Of a stretch of 64,000 nt of DNA, positions 16,269 to 25,668 are shown piece by piece. Where the stretch lies: the sequence record OL615011. The stretch is one strand, 5' to 3'. Position numbers and translations under genes: made by a program. The first letter of the stretch is position 1. Every line of letters begins with the position of its first letter. The notes below the pieces were generated by a model. That model was given only the letters and a program-made list of their open reading frames with translations. It did no database searches and was not told where the DNA came from. The DNA is from Shigella phage vB_SboS_Gloob.

Positions 16269-18512
16269 TTAGATTTTGATCTCTTTCTCTGCCAGTTCGG
16301 CAGTGACCTTGTACTTCACACCATCCACTTCAACTTCCATGGTGGACTCTTCCAGGTCGAGGTCGGTGAACCAGCCGTGGCCAGCAACGATACCATAAAC
16401 CACTTTAGACAGCGTCTTGTTCAGGGCGCGGACTTCGGTGATGGCCGCCTTGGCAGCAGCGTCGATCCAGTTTTCGATCAGCTGTTTCTGTACGGCTTCA
16501 GGCACGGCAGTGATCGCAGGAGACTTCACGAATGCTTCGTATTCCTTCAGAGCATTGGCGATGAACAAGTCACCCGCATTGAGTTTCTTGTTCTCGGCAA
16601 TCTTCTTCTGTACTGCCGCGATGCTCGGCAGAGAAGACGCTCCAGCGATCTTAACGTTCAGCTCACGGCTCATGTAGACATCCGTGGAGTCCTTCAGTTC
16701 GGTCTTCGGTGAGAAGCCGTAATCACGGATGCCGTAGGAGGACAGGAACTCAGCCGCCTCAGCGCCGTACTGTACTGCCAGGCCTTTGGCGTTGCCTTTG
16801 CCAACCAGTTCATCACGGAAGAACTTCAGCACCTTCTGCTTGCCTTTCAGGGCTTCCAGACGGACATTATCCGCAAAGAACTGAGCAGCACTGATGTTCT
16901 TGACCATGGCGCGGTTGACCAGCGGTACGCTTTCCAGGTTCAGGACAAACACTTCCGGACCACCGAACACATGGACGCCCATCTGGCACAGATTGGTTAC
17001 AACTTCAACATCAGCCCTGAACGGCAGAGTCTTCACGTTGATGATGCCGTCTTTGACGATGGTGTAGTTGCGCCATTGGAAAGTATCCAGTTCTTCAGGC
17101 AGACCGAACTTCTTCTGCACGAACTCCGGAATCGCCACAGTGCCGTGCTGGACAGTGCGTACACTGATATTAGGGCGTTCGGAGTTATAGACCAAATCGC
17201 TGATTGGCACAACACCCAGATCGTTGGTAGGTTCGAACGTCGGGTTCCACTCTTCGTGCTCGGCCAGCTTGAGAGCCAGGGCTTTGCGCTCTTCTTTGGA
17301 CTCGGCGTTCGCGATCTGTTCTGCCAGCTTGTCTTCGGTATCGTCCAGTTTCTGAGCCGTACCGCGACCGATGCTCTTGTAGGAGAACATAGGATGTTTG
17401 GTGGCAACACACACGCCAGCTTCAGCCAGATACGTCAGCACGTCAACGACGGTCGTCGCATCTTCAGCCGGGACCAGGTCATAGTCAATACCGTCAACGC
17501 CGCGCAGCTGGTCATCAACGATGGCCTGGGTCAGATCAACTTTGATGTTGGAGTAGTCCTGCTTGGTGAAGCAGTTGCTGTACTGTTTGATGAAGCGGAC
17601 GTCGCCCGTTTTCTTCAGTGCAGCCCACACCAGGTCTGCGTCCATGATGTGTACGCCGTAGAACGCCAGCACGTATGCCGCCTGGATGTCCGCCAGCGCA
17701 TCAAGTTGGTCGATCATGTTAGGATTGACGACCCACAGCTTCGTGACGCTCTCAGGGATGCTCACGTGGCCAACGGGATGCTCTGCGTCTGCCTGTACCG
17801 CCAGAACAGTTGCTACGCCGTTTTCAACGTAGATGGCATGATCATACAGCAACGGAACATCAACAACCACCTTCGGAACTGAGGACTTCAGCACGGTTTC
17901 CAGCTCGGCCTGATACTCAACCTGACCTTCGGCAAACACGTGAGTCGCACCGGAGCGCTCAGACATCAGAGCCAGCAGTTCGCGGTTACAGTACCAGCCG
18001 TATTCGATGAAAGTGACGTTGTCGAACGCGGAAGGAAGTTTTTCGGCGGTGTCCAGGATCTCATTGGAGCGCCAGCAGTTGTCATAACCATCGGTCATGA
18101 ACGCCAGGTTGTTGACGTAGCCGGGTTTCTTCAGGTCACGCGCAGTATCCATCGCCAGTTTCAATGGCTCAACAAAACCAGTACAGCCGGACGGTTGTAG
18201 GAAGCGGTCGATCAGTTTGTTCAGCTCGCTCAGGTCAGATGCTGCACTAACCTGACGGCCAGCGAACACAGTACCAAAGTCGCCACGGGATGAGAAATAC
18301 AGAACACTCACAGTGTCTTCCGGTTTCACCAGAGAAGGCAGGTTCTCCTTCAGATGCTTACGGACTTCAGGGAGCGCCCGGTACATTGAACCGGAAATGT
18401 CTACAACGATTACATGGTTGGACGGAGCAGCAGTCGCAACCACATTCTTAAATTCTAATGATTCAATCATTGTTCTCTTCGCCTTTTGCGTAAGGGTTAA
18501 GTTCAGACTCAT
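16269..18512 (-). CDS. large protein with N-terminal von Willebrand factor A (vWA) domain
   Basis: MIDAS motif VVVDISGSM near the N-terminus; 747 aa. Confidence 0.5.
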   Translation of the reverse strand: MSLNLTLTQKAKRTMIESLEFKNVVATAAPSNHVIVVDISGSMYRALPEVRKHLKENLPSLVKPEDTVSVLYFSSRGDFGTVFAGRQVSAASDLSELNKLIDRFLQPSGCTGFVEPLKLAMDTARDLKKPGYVNNLAFMTDGYDNCWRSNEILDTAEKLPSAFDNVTFIEYGWYCNRELLALMSERSGATHVFAEGQVEYQAELETVLKSSVPKVVVDVPLLYDHAIYVENGVATVLAVQADAEHPVGHVSIPESVTKLWVVNPNMIDQLDALADIQAAYVLAFYGVHIMDADLVWAALKKTGDVRFIKQYSNCFTKQDYSNIKVDLTQAIVDDQLRGVDGIDYDLVPAEDATTVVDVLTYLAEAGVCVATKHPMFSYKSIGRGTAQKLDDTEDKLAEQIANAESKEERKALALKLAEHEEWNPTFEPTNDLGVVPISDLVYNSERPNISVRTVQHGTVAIPEFVQKKFGLPEELDTFQWRNYTIVKDGIINVKTLPFRADVEVVTNLCQMGVHVFGGPEVFVLNLESVPLVNRAMVKNISAAQFFADNVRLEALKGKQKVLKFFRDELVGKGNAKGLAVQYGAEAAEFLSSYGIRDYGFSPKTELKDSTDVYMSRELNVKIAGASSLPSIAAVQKKIAENKKLNAGDLFIANALKEYEAFVKSPAITAVPEAVQKQLIENWIDAAAKAAITEVRALNKTLSKVVYGIVAGHGWFTDLDLEESTMEVEVDGVKYKVTAELAEKEIKI

Positions 18513-18678
18513 CAGCGGCTTCGATGCGCGCCTTTACAGAGTCCAGCATATTGTTGATAAACTCACGAGACTGCTCCAGCTGAGCCAAGAGCACATCCTT
18601 TGGAGCATAGTTCTGAATGCAAGCCGGAATACTTTCAGACGTCGCCTTCAGGTCGGTAAAACATTCTTTCAGTACCAT
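18463..18678 (-). CDS. hypothetical small acidic protein
   Basis: 71-aa ORF between the vWA gene and the NAMPT-like gene. Confidence 0.3.
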   Translation of the reverse strand: MVLKECFTDLKATSESIPACIQNYAPKDVLLAQLEQSREFINNMLDSVKARIEAADESELNPYAKGEENND

Positions 18679-18755
18679 TTGATCTCACTTAACAGAGACG
18701 ACGCCCTGTTGGATTTAATAGCGGTCTTCACAGACATCAGGTTTACCTCAAAACA

Positions 18756-18771
18756 GGGGAGTCTCCTCCCC
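18756..18771 (-). terminator. hairpin terminator downstream of the NAMPT-like gene
   Basis: ggggagtctcctcccc stem-loop followed by a T-run on the minus strand. Confidence 0.45.
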
Positions 18772-18779
18772 TTCGGTTA

Positions 18780-20444
18780 TCAGATTTGTGATGCCAATTC
18801 TGCCACCAGAGGAGCAGCACGAACACGCGCATCTTCCAGAGTCTGGGTGTTGAAGAACTTGCCGTCACGATACACCAGCTGGTGCTGGTTGTCGGCGTCT
18901 TGCACCTGATCAAAGGTGATACCGTCAACCAACACTAGTTTACCCTGAGAGTCTTTAATGACTTTAAGGAAACCACGCGCAGACTTTTTAGTCCCGCCTT
19001 TGTCGGTCTTCGGCTCTTTGAAGATCTCACGGAATTCGCCGTTCACTTTACCAGCCGTTGCTTTCACTGCCGTGCCAGTACTGTCACGGGTGTTCATCTG
19101 GTAGGTGTAGGAACCGATACCGAACACCACGTTGATGGAAGCAAAGTTCCGGCCAGCCAGACGACCAAAGATCTGGTCTTCACGTGCCAGGGTGATGGAG
19201 TCGCCGTAAATCAGACCGATGTGTTCGTCCAACAGGAAGTGACCAGTTTCGGTCTGGGTCCCGCCAAAGATCTCCCACAGGCGCTGGATAGAGCCGACCG
19301 CTTCTGAACGACTGATGATATTGCGGTCATCTGCCATCAGAGAGTTGATCGTGCCTTCGCCTGTAATCAGGTGATAGGTGTTCGTCTCTTCGATGTGAAT
19401 GACTTCGGTGCTGCTAGACACGCCGCTGATGTTCAGCATAGCGCGGTCTTTGAACCCCTCAATGCGGTAGCCGCCGACGATATGAACTGGGTCGCCCGAG
19501 TCAGGGCGGATCACGACTTTGCCGTTGCGTGCCATGATAATATCTTTCAGGCGCGGCAGATAGTCGTCGATGACCTGCCAGTAATCCCACGCATCAGACA
19601 CGATGCTGACGATGCCATCAGGATACACGTCCTGCACCAGGCGGCGGAAGGTTTCGAATTCACCATCCTTCGTACCCATACACATCACGGCGTGTTCGGT
19701 AGCCGCAACAGAACCAGCAACGACATAGTCTTCGTCGATGTCTGCGCCATAATACTCTTCTACGAAGTCCAGGGCAGGGTTGGTATCGGTGCCTTTGAAG
19801 AACACCAGATGACCGGAACCGGAAGACGCCGCGTCATGCCACCCACTCATACCACGGAAGGAGAAGTCGTGGCCTTGGTAGTCGATGAACCAATGGTCCG
19901 GCGACACGCCTGTAGCGAGGGCAGCTTTCACCATCAGTGCCTTGTAATGCAGAGCGATGGTGGCGTTCGTCATCGGCTTCCAGATCTCAGAGCTGAACAC
20001 AGTCTCCAGATAGTTGGTCAGCCAGTAGAACTCCGGCAGGGTGTTGAACATCACATACACCGGAACGCCATATGGGCACATGGTGCCTTCAGGCAGAGCA
20101 CGGACTTCGATAGGCAGGTAGCCGAGGTCATGCAGGGCTTCAATATGCTCTGTGCCGACGCGGCCTGGACCCAGGACTTTGTTCATGCGACGGGCATACT
20201 TCTTCAACACCTTGGCCTTTGGGCGCTGGAAGAATGCTTCGTCAAACAGTTCGTGGAACCAGGTCATGAAGCCCTGGATGCCCCAGACCACCACGCCGTT
20301 CTTCGGCAGGTGAGAGTTGAACAGTTTGTTGGAGCGCGGAGTTCCGTTGGAGAACACCAGCTCGCTGCCTTCAGGGAACTGATAGATGTGCCCTGATTTG
20401 TAGAAGTCGATTGCATGGATTGGATCTAAGTGGCGCATGCTCAT
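18780..20444 (-). CDS. nicotinamide phosphoribosyltransferase (NAMPT/NadV) family enzyme; candidate nicotinamide ADP-ribose transferase
   Basis: Collinear with human NAMPT: LPIEVRALPEG...EFYWLTNYLETV, HDFSFRG, GHLVFFKGTDT, VIRPDSGDP. Confidence 0.85.
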   Translation of the reverse strand: MSMRHLDPIHAIDFYKSGHIYQFPEGSELVFSNGTPRSNKLFNSHLPKNGVVVWGIQGFMTWFHELFDEAFFQRPKAKVLKKYARRMNKVLGPGRVGTEHIEALHDLGYLPIEVRALPEGTMCPYGVPVYVMFNTLPEFYWLTNYLETVFSSEIWKPMTNATIALHYKALMVKAALATGVSPDHWFIDYQGHDFSFRGMSGWHDAASSGSGHLVFFKGTDTNPALDFVEEYYGADIDEDYVVAGSVAATEHAVMCMGTKDGEFETFRRLVQDVYPDGIVSIVSDAWDYWQVIDDYLPRLKDIIMARNGKVVIRPDSGDPVHIVGGYRIEGFKDRAMLNISGVSSSTEVIHIEETNTYHLITGEGTINSLMADDRNIISRSEAVGSIQRLWEIFGGTQTETGHFLLDEHIGLIYGDSITLAREDQIFGRLAGRNFASINVVFGIGSYTYQMNTRDSTGTAVKATAGKVNGEFREIFKEPKTDKGGTKKSARGFLKVIKDSQGKLVLVDGITFDQVQDADNQHQLVYRDGKFFNTQTLEDARVRAAPLVAELASQI

Positions 20445-21295
20445 TTTACACGTCCTGTATTTTCAGTTTTGAAAGGAAGGCCGTCGGTGGTGATATTCTC
20501 CCACCAGACAGTGTCGGCATACACAGCATCATAGATCCCGTCGAAAACAGAGAGACCTTTGCTGAAGATGCCATGGGTGACGAAGAGCGTCATGTGCTTA
20601 GGCTCGTGCTTCTGAAGCTCTTTACCCAGCTCAACAAACGTGCGCCCGCCATCGCAGATATCATCAACCACCACCAGATAGCGGTCTTTGATCAGTTCAG
20701 GGTTTGTAATGCTCACCCCAATGATCTCACCAGTCTTGGTGTCACGGTTCTTGTGGCCGTAGACAACAGGAACACCATCCAACGACAGGCTGAGGGCTTC
20801 GGTCTTCTTCGCCGCGCCGCCGTCAGGGGCTACTAGCACAGCGTTGTTCCCACGGATGAACCAGCCCAGATACTGCCGCACGATGTAATCTTGCGGGACA
20901 ACATGGACGTTGTTGATCAGAGAAGACACGACATGGCTGTGAGGGTCTTTGATCGCCACGCGGTCAAAGTTCATGCTATTGATGAACTCAGCCGCCCACT
21001 TCACGGACAGAGGCTCGCCGAAGTCGCAATGGCGGTCCTGGCGAGCATACGGGAAGTAAGGGATATACGCATGGAAGGTCGTCAGACGGTCCACGTTACC
21101 CAGGCCGCGCACGGCGTTTACCAGAAGCGCCAGCTCAATGAAGTCGGCTGATGATTTGATGTGGGCATCAATCACAACCGTCTGAATCTTACCGACAGGA
21201 ATACCAGCCTTTTGGATCTTGATATGTTCCTCACCACCTGGGAAGGTGAAGTGTTTGTAGAACACATCTTGGTCGTTCAATTTCAAACGAAACAT
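20441..21295 (-). CDS. ribose-phosphate pyrophosphokinase (PRPP synthetase) family enzyme; candidate ADP-ribose pyrophosphate synthetase
   Basis: IPYFPYARQDRH and VVVDDICDGGRT match Prs motifs; ATGA overlap with the NAMPT-like gene. Confidence 0.8.
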   Translation of the reverse strand: MFRLKLNDQDVFYKHFTFPGGEEHIKIQKAGIPVGKIQTVVIDAHIKSSADFIELALLVNAVRGLGNVDRLTTFHAYIPYFPYARQDRHCDFGEPLSVKWAAEFINSMNFDRVAIKDPHSHVVSSLINNVHVVPQDYIVRQYLGWFIRGNNAVLVAPDGGAAKKTEALSLSLDGVPVVYGHKNRDTKTGEIIGVSITNPELIKDRYLVVVDDICDGGRTFVELGKELQKHEPKHMTLFVTHGIFSKGLSVFDGIYDAVYADTVWWENITTDGLPFKTENTGRVK

Positions 21296-21326
21296 AATGT
21301 AGCCTCATGGTGTATTGTACAGCCGT

Positions 21327-21332
21327 ATTATA
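21327..21332 (-). promoter_or_regulatory. sigma70-type -10 hexamer (TATAAT) upstream of the NAMPT/PRPS operon
   Basis: Perfect TATAAT about 30 nt upstream of the PRPS-like start; -35 is weak. Confidence 0.35.
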
Positions 21333-21401
21333 CTGTGATGCACAAATTGAAACACCCAGCAAATATACTGGGCGTCATTGATATTGAAGGAGTTTACTGA
21401 T

Positions 21402-21768
21402 TCAGGTTTTGGATTGTTCACATACCTCGGCCACCTTGCGACACATGTCGATATCGAACAAGCCAATATGACACTCACGCTTCTTTATCCCCAGCTTATG
21501 CGCCAGCCAACTGTAAGCGTCGCTCCTGCTCCTCTCTCCGCTTTTCCACAATGGGTCAAACGATCTGCTTCTCGGCACGGAGAGCGGCATTCGCCATCCT
21601 TCCCAGAGGTTGTCTGCCGTCGCCATGGGCATGGCAACCGACACGAGCGTCACATGGAGTGCATACCCAGAACTTCAGATTGCGGAGGTCAGGGCGATGA
21701 GGGTGGAGGACGTCACCACCGATGAATTCGGCTGGGAGGCCGCAGTAATCACAGATGACAGGTTTCAT
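21402..21768 (-). pseudogene. zinc-ribbon (CxxC...CxxC) phage protein interrupted by a frameshift
   Basis: N-terminal half (MKPVICDYCG...CTPCDARVG...GRMANAALRAEKQ) and C-terminal half (SFDPLWKSGERSRSDAYSWL...CHIGLFDIDMC) lie in two overlapping frames, one-nucleotide shift near 21560. Confidence 0.45.
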
Positions 21769-21787
21769 ATTCTTTGTCCAAAAGAAA

Positions 21788-21804
21788 CCCCGCACATGGC
21801 GGGG
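21788..21804 (-). terminator. hairpin terminator upstream of the zinc-ribbon gene
   Basis: ccccgcacatggcgggg stem-loop followed by a T-run on the minus strand. Confidence 0.4.
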
Positions 21805-21828
21805 TTGCTCAGGCCGAGGCCAACAGGG

Positions 21829-22200
21829 TTATTTCAGCAGCGCTTCCAGTTCTTCAACAGATTTGCCTTCCAGCTCCTGCTGTTTCTTACGCTGGATCAG
21901 CTCCAGGATAACCTGGTTGTTCGCCTTACGCTCTGCCGCGTCTTTGCTGTCGTCACGCTCTTTCAGCTTAACGCCGATGATGTGCTTGACAACGTCGAAG
22001 CGCAGCTGCAGTTCGGAGTCAACGTTGCTTTTGGTGCCGATGAAATCTTCTTCATCGGTTTCCGCTGCCTTCACCTGACGGCTCAGACCTTTCGCCATTT
22101 CGTTCAGGGCAGTCAGGCTCAGGTCCCAGACCTGCTCAACAGACAGCAGACCTTTGTTAGACTCGAAGCGCAGTTTCAGACGGGTTGCTTTATCAAACAT
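21829..22200 (-). CDS. hypothetical protein
   Basis: 123-aa ORF. Confidence 0.45.
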   Translation of the reverse strand: MFDKATRLKLRFESNKGLLSVEQVWDLSLTALNEMAKGLSRQVKAAETDEEDFIGTKSNVDSELQLRFDVVKHIIGVKLKERDDSKDAAERKANNQVILELIQRKKQQELEGKSVEELEALLK

Positions 22201-22244
22201 TTTACTATCCTCAATGATGAATGGGTTACAGTTTCAAATCAGGT

Positions 22245-24263
22245 TTAGAAAACAACTTTCACAGTGCGGTTGAAAGAGCCGCTCACCTTCACGAACACGT
22301 GGTTGCGTTGGGTGGTAGAGAAGCCCAGACCGGACAGCTGCTCAGTGCTTGGCTGTACTTTAATCTTACCGCCCAACATTTCAAAAACCTTGCGGTGTTT
22401 ATCAAGTTCCGGCTTCAGATACTCGTTATAGAAGCCACGAGTGCCGACAGGGTTAGCACAACCTTCCAGAATGAAGAACACGTGCTTGTTGCCTGTCTGT
22501 TCGCCATCCCAATGGTTTGGTGAGTTCAGAACCAGCTGTACCTTCTGGAAGACAGCGGTCTTGATACCCCAGATTTCCTGGGAGCGAGCATCGTCCTTCA
22601 GGGTAGAACGGATGTCTACCACTTGTCCAGCGCGGACATCAATCACAACAGCCAGAGTGCGATCTTTGTGCTTCAGGCCAGGATGCGAAAAACGCTTGGT
22701 CTGGCCTTTGTATTCAACTTCGATTTCGAAGCCCATATCACAGGTTTCACGCTGGCTGAAGTTAGTGACATAGAACTCGTACAGACCATCACGCAGCTTG
22801 CGTTCATCGCTGAAGAAGATGTTCTCCACCGGGCGGCGGTTGGGGTCAATACCGTCCATACCGTTCATGTCGATATCCAGGGTTGCGCCAGTTGCCGAAC
22901 GACGGTTGTGATAATACACGTGGTTGTGAAGAGGATCGTTCAGGCTCAGATCCAGGTCATCGTTGTTATGCCACGCCAGGGACACACGGAGGAAACCGTC
23001 AACGTTGCCGCCTGCCGTCTTCACGCGCTCTTTGATGGAGTCGGCCACTTCACCGTTGTATGACCAGCTGAAGCCGTTGTTCCACTTGAACAGGTTAGGA
23101 GCACCTGCCGTAGCCGGAGCGATCAGGGACATCAGGTTGCCAGTGTGAGAGTTTTCAACCAGCACTTCCAGGGAATGCGCCTTTGGCAACACGTTGGTCA
23201 GGAAGTCGTCGATGGTGATCTCTTCAACCTTGTCCAGGGACTTGGTCGGAGTCTTCACTTCAGACGCCAGCTGAGCAAACGGGTCCATCTTCTTCTGTGC
23301 TGCCAGGTCGGCAAACAGAACGTTGTTGATGGTCAGATCGTCATACACGGCATAACGGCGACCCAGTGAATCAGTCAGACCCAGCGCTTCGACTTCTTTC
23401 TGCGCGTTTTCAATCATGGACTTCGTGACCAGCGCGGTTGGGCGCTTGTAGTTCGTCGGAGCGACTTTGGCTTCAAAGGACTTCACGGCGGTTTCCAGAT
23501 CCCGACCTTCATTGAGGTCTACCAACAGAGAGCCAATCACGGTATTGCGGATGCCGTGAGGGGTGTGTCCGTTTGCACGGTAGCCAGTACGCCAAGCCCA
23601 CAGAGCGCGTTTCTCTTCTGCAGTTTGTTCGTACAGGGTCTTGCTCGTCACGAACGCCTGCACAGCAGCTTTGTGCTCTTCACCACGATACAGAGAATTC
23701 TGATCAATCAGTTCCAGAACGATTTCGGCCGATTCCAGAGACAGTTCACGCAGGCCGCGCTCAAACACTTCAATCGCCTGGCGGATTTCACCCTTCTTAG
23801 AAGCGATGGCATCAGCCCGCAGAACATAGCTGGGCAGCAGGTCGGTGTGGAAGTGGTTGTAGGTGCGGACATTACCGTCTTTCATTTCGTGATTCGACTC
23901 AACGCCGACTTTCTTGGTATCGTTGAAGTACACGTCGACGATTGCGTGTTGCTTGACATACGCAGACAGCGCCGCAGCGACAACGTCGTATTCGTTACCC
24001 AGCTGAATGTTATCCCAGATAGAGATCACGTTCAGGTCGGCGTCGATGGTCACCACACCGCCGATGTTACGGATGAATTGTTTACAGCAGGTGCAGTCGT
24101 GCTCGGTGCGCTCACGGTAGAGCGGGTTGGTGCCAGCAGGGAAAGAGTTCAGATACAGATCCCACAGAGCATCTTTATCGATGTTGGTCATGAACAGACC
24201 AGTTGCTGACATGGCCAGCACATTATTGTTTACGGCTACTGCGAAGGGCTTAAATTCTGACAT
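22245..24263 (-). CDS. large hypothetical protein (672 aa)
   Basis: No polymerase, ligase or P-loop motif recognised by eye; contains a CTCC cysteine cluster. Confidence 0.5.
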   Translation of the reverse strand: MSEFKPFAVAVNNNVLAMSATGLFMTNIDKDALWDLYLNSFPAGTNPLYRERTEHDCTCCKQFIRNIGGVVTIDADLNVISIWDNIQLGNEYDVVAAALSAYVKQHAIVDVYFNDTKKVGVESNHEMKDGNVRTYNHFHTDLLPSYVLRADAIASKKGEIRQAIEVFERGLRELSLESAEIVLELIDQNSLYRGEEHKAAVQAFVTSKTLYEQTAEEKRALWAWRTGYRANGHTPHGIRNTVIGSLLVDLNEGRDLETAVKSFEAKVAPTNYKRPTALVTKSMIENAQKEVEALGLTDSLGRRYAVYDDLTINNVLFADLAAQKKMDPFAQLASEVKTPTKSLDKVEEITIDDFLTNVLPKAHSLEVLVENSHTGNLMSLIAPATAGAPNLFKWNNGFSWSYNGEVADSIKERVKTAGGNVDGFLRVSLAWHNNDDLDLSLNDPLHNHVYYHNRRSATGATLDIDMNGMDGIDPNRRPVENIFFSDERKLRDGLYEFYVTNFSQRETCDMGFEIEVEYKGQTKRFSHPGLKHKDRTLAVVIDVRAGQVVDIRSTLKDDARSQEIWGIKTAVFQKVQLVLNSPNHWDGEQTGNKHVFFILEGCANPVGTRGFYNEYLKPELDKHRKVFEMLGGKIKVQPSTEQLSGLGFSTTQRNHVFVKVSGSFNRTVKVVF

Positions 24264-24378
24264 GATGTAGTCTTCCTGTTTCAGTTCAAATGTGCGCCCC
24301 GTTTGCCAGAGCGCTTCGTTTAAGTGAGGTCAATAATACGTTGAAAAAGGTTATTGAAGAATGAAGTAAAGGGAATCT

Positions 24379-25599
24379 TTATTCAGGTTTCTTCAAACGG
24401 TCCAGCAAATTGACGGAACCACGTTTGAGCACGACTTCATCACAGCGCTTTTTGTATTCCCCGCCGCCGTCATAGCTGACCTTGCCCCGAGGTTTTTCAC
24501 CGCGCCCAACCGCCTCAACACAGCGAGTGTACTTGCTCAGTTCACAGAACATGTTCTCCAGCTGCATGACGTTCATGCACTGATCTACAGGCTCTTCGGC
24601 TGACCAGAATTGCTCGCGAACATACCCATATTGGGAGTATACTGCGTCCTGATTATCCCGTAGCCAGAATATGCATTCTTCGTGAGTCATGCCGTCTTTG
24701 TTCAGGAACAGCAGATCAATACCTGCGCGACAGCCCGGTCCGGCTATCGTGAAGTGGTTCTCACTGAACGGATAACCAGGCATGTACGTGAAGTCAACCC
24801 AGATCTGGTATGCCAGGAATGGACCAAGACCTTCGATGTCGTCGTACATGCGCTGGTATACTTCCAGAGGAGTACCAAGGCGCAGCAGGTCATGGAAGTA
24901 ATTTGGATACTTGTTGACGAATGCCTTCAGGGAACGGATGACACGCATTGGCATGTACGGCTCCCAGCCTTCGATGGTGTAGAAGTCCGGCTCCGCTTCA
25001 GCGATGGCCTTGGCTTCCTTATAATCCATGTTCTGGGTCGAACCATCTTTGCAGATCAGGTTCACCATCATCCCACCGAAGCGCTGCTCTTTGTGGTTGA
25101 CAACCAGCTCAGGGAAAGCCAGGCATTGCTTCAGACCGCCCGTGTTGAAGGCATTGGTGAATACTTTACCGCCGTCGGCCTCGAACTTCTGAAGTCGTTC
25201 GCGGGTTGCGTCAAGGTTGATCTTGGCGAATTCTTTGATCGTCATCGCGCCGCCGATAGCCTGGATCGGATCCCAGAGGTTGAACATGCGGAACAGCACG
25301 CAGTTAAACATCTTGTCTGCCATACCCAGAGCATCGTTGTTGACGATGTTGTTGATCAGGTTAAGAGACTGCCTGTCGTGCTCTCTCCGGACGTTACAGA
25401 ACTTGACCTGCCGTAGTATAGGATTATTCGTCCAAGGGGCAGGAAGACGCTGGACGTCCTTCTTGACGTGGATCTTATAGCGCTCGCTCATCCATTCGTA
25501 AGACAGGCGGGTATGGGTCGGACTGAGAACCGGTTTGGCCGACTTTATCTTTTCTTCACGGACACCGCAGTACGGGACGTCCAGGGCTTTATCTTTCAT
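24379..25599 (-). CDS. hypothetical protein (406 aa)
   Basis: Long ORF, function not recognised. Confidence 0.5.
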   Translation of the reverse strand: MKDKALDVPYCGVREEKIKSAKPVLSPTHTRLSYEWMSERYKIHVKKDVQRLPAPWTNNPILRQVKFCNVRREHDRQSLNLINNIVNNDALGMADKMFNCVLFRMFNLWDPIQAIGGAMTIKEFAKINLDATRERLQKFEADGGKVFTNAFNTGGLKQCLAFPELVVNHKEQRFGGMMVNLICKDGSTQNMDYKEAKAIAEAEPDFYTIEGWEPYMPMRVIRSLKAFVNKYPNYFHDLLRLGTPLEVYQRMYDDIEGLGPFLAYQIWVDFTYMPGYPFSENHFTIAGPGCRAGIDLLFLNKDGMTHEECIFWLRDNQDAVYSQYGYVREQFWSAEEPVDQCMNVMQLENMFCELSKYTRCVEAVGRGEKPRGKVSYDGGGEYKKRCDEVVLKRGSVNLLDRLKKPE

Positions 25600-25668
25600 G
25601 GTATCCTCTTAGAATACGAAAAACAGAGGCCATTATAGCCTCTGTTGTTTAGTGAATAACTGTATATC

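Noticed and set aside
21296-21400. T4 middle-promoter MotA box upstream of the NAMPT/PRPS operon
   Set aside because: A TGCATCA element is present but lies too close to the -10 hexamer (about -10 to -4 rather than about -30), so only the TATAAT is reported
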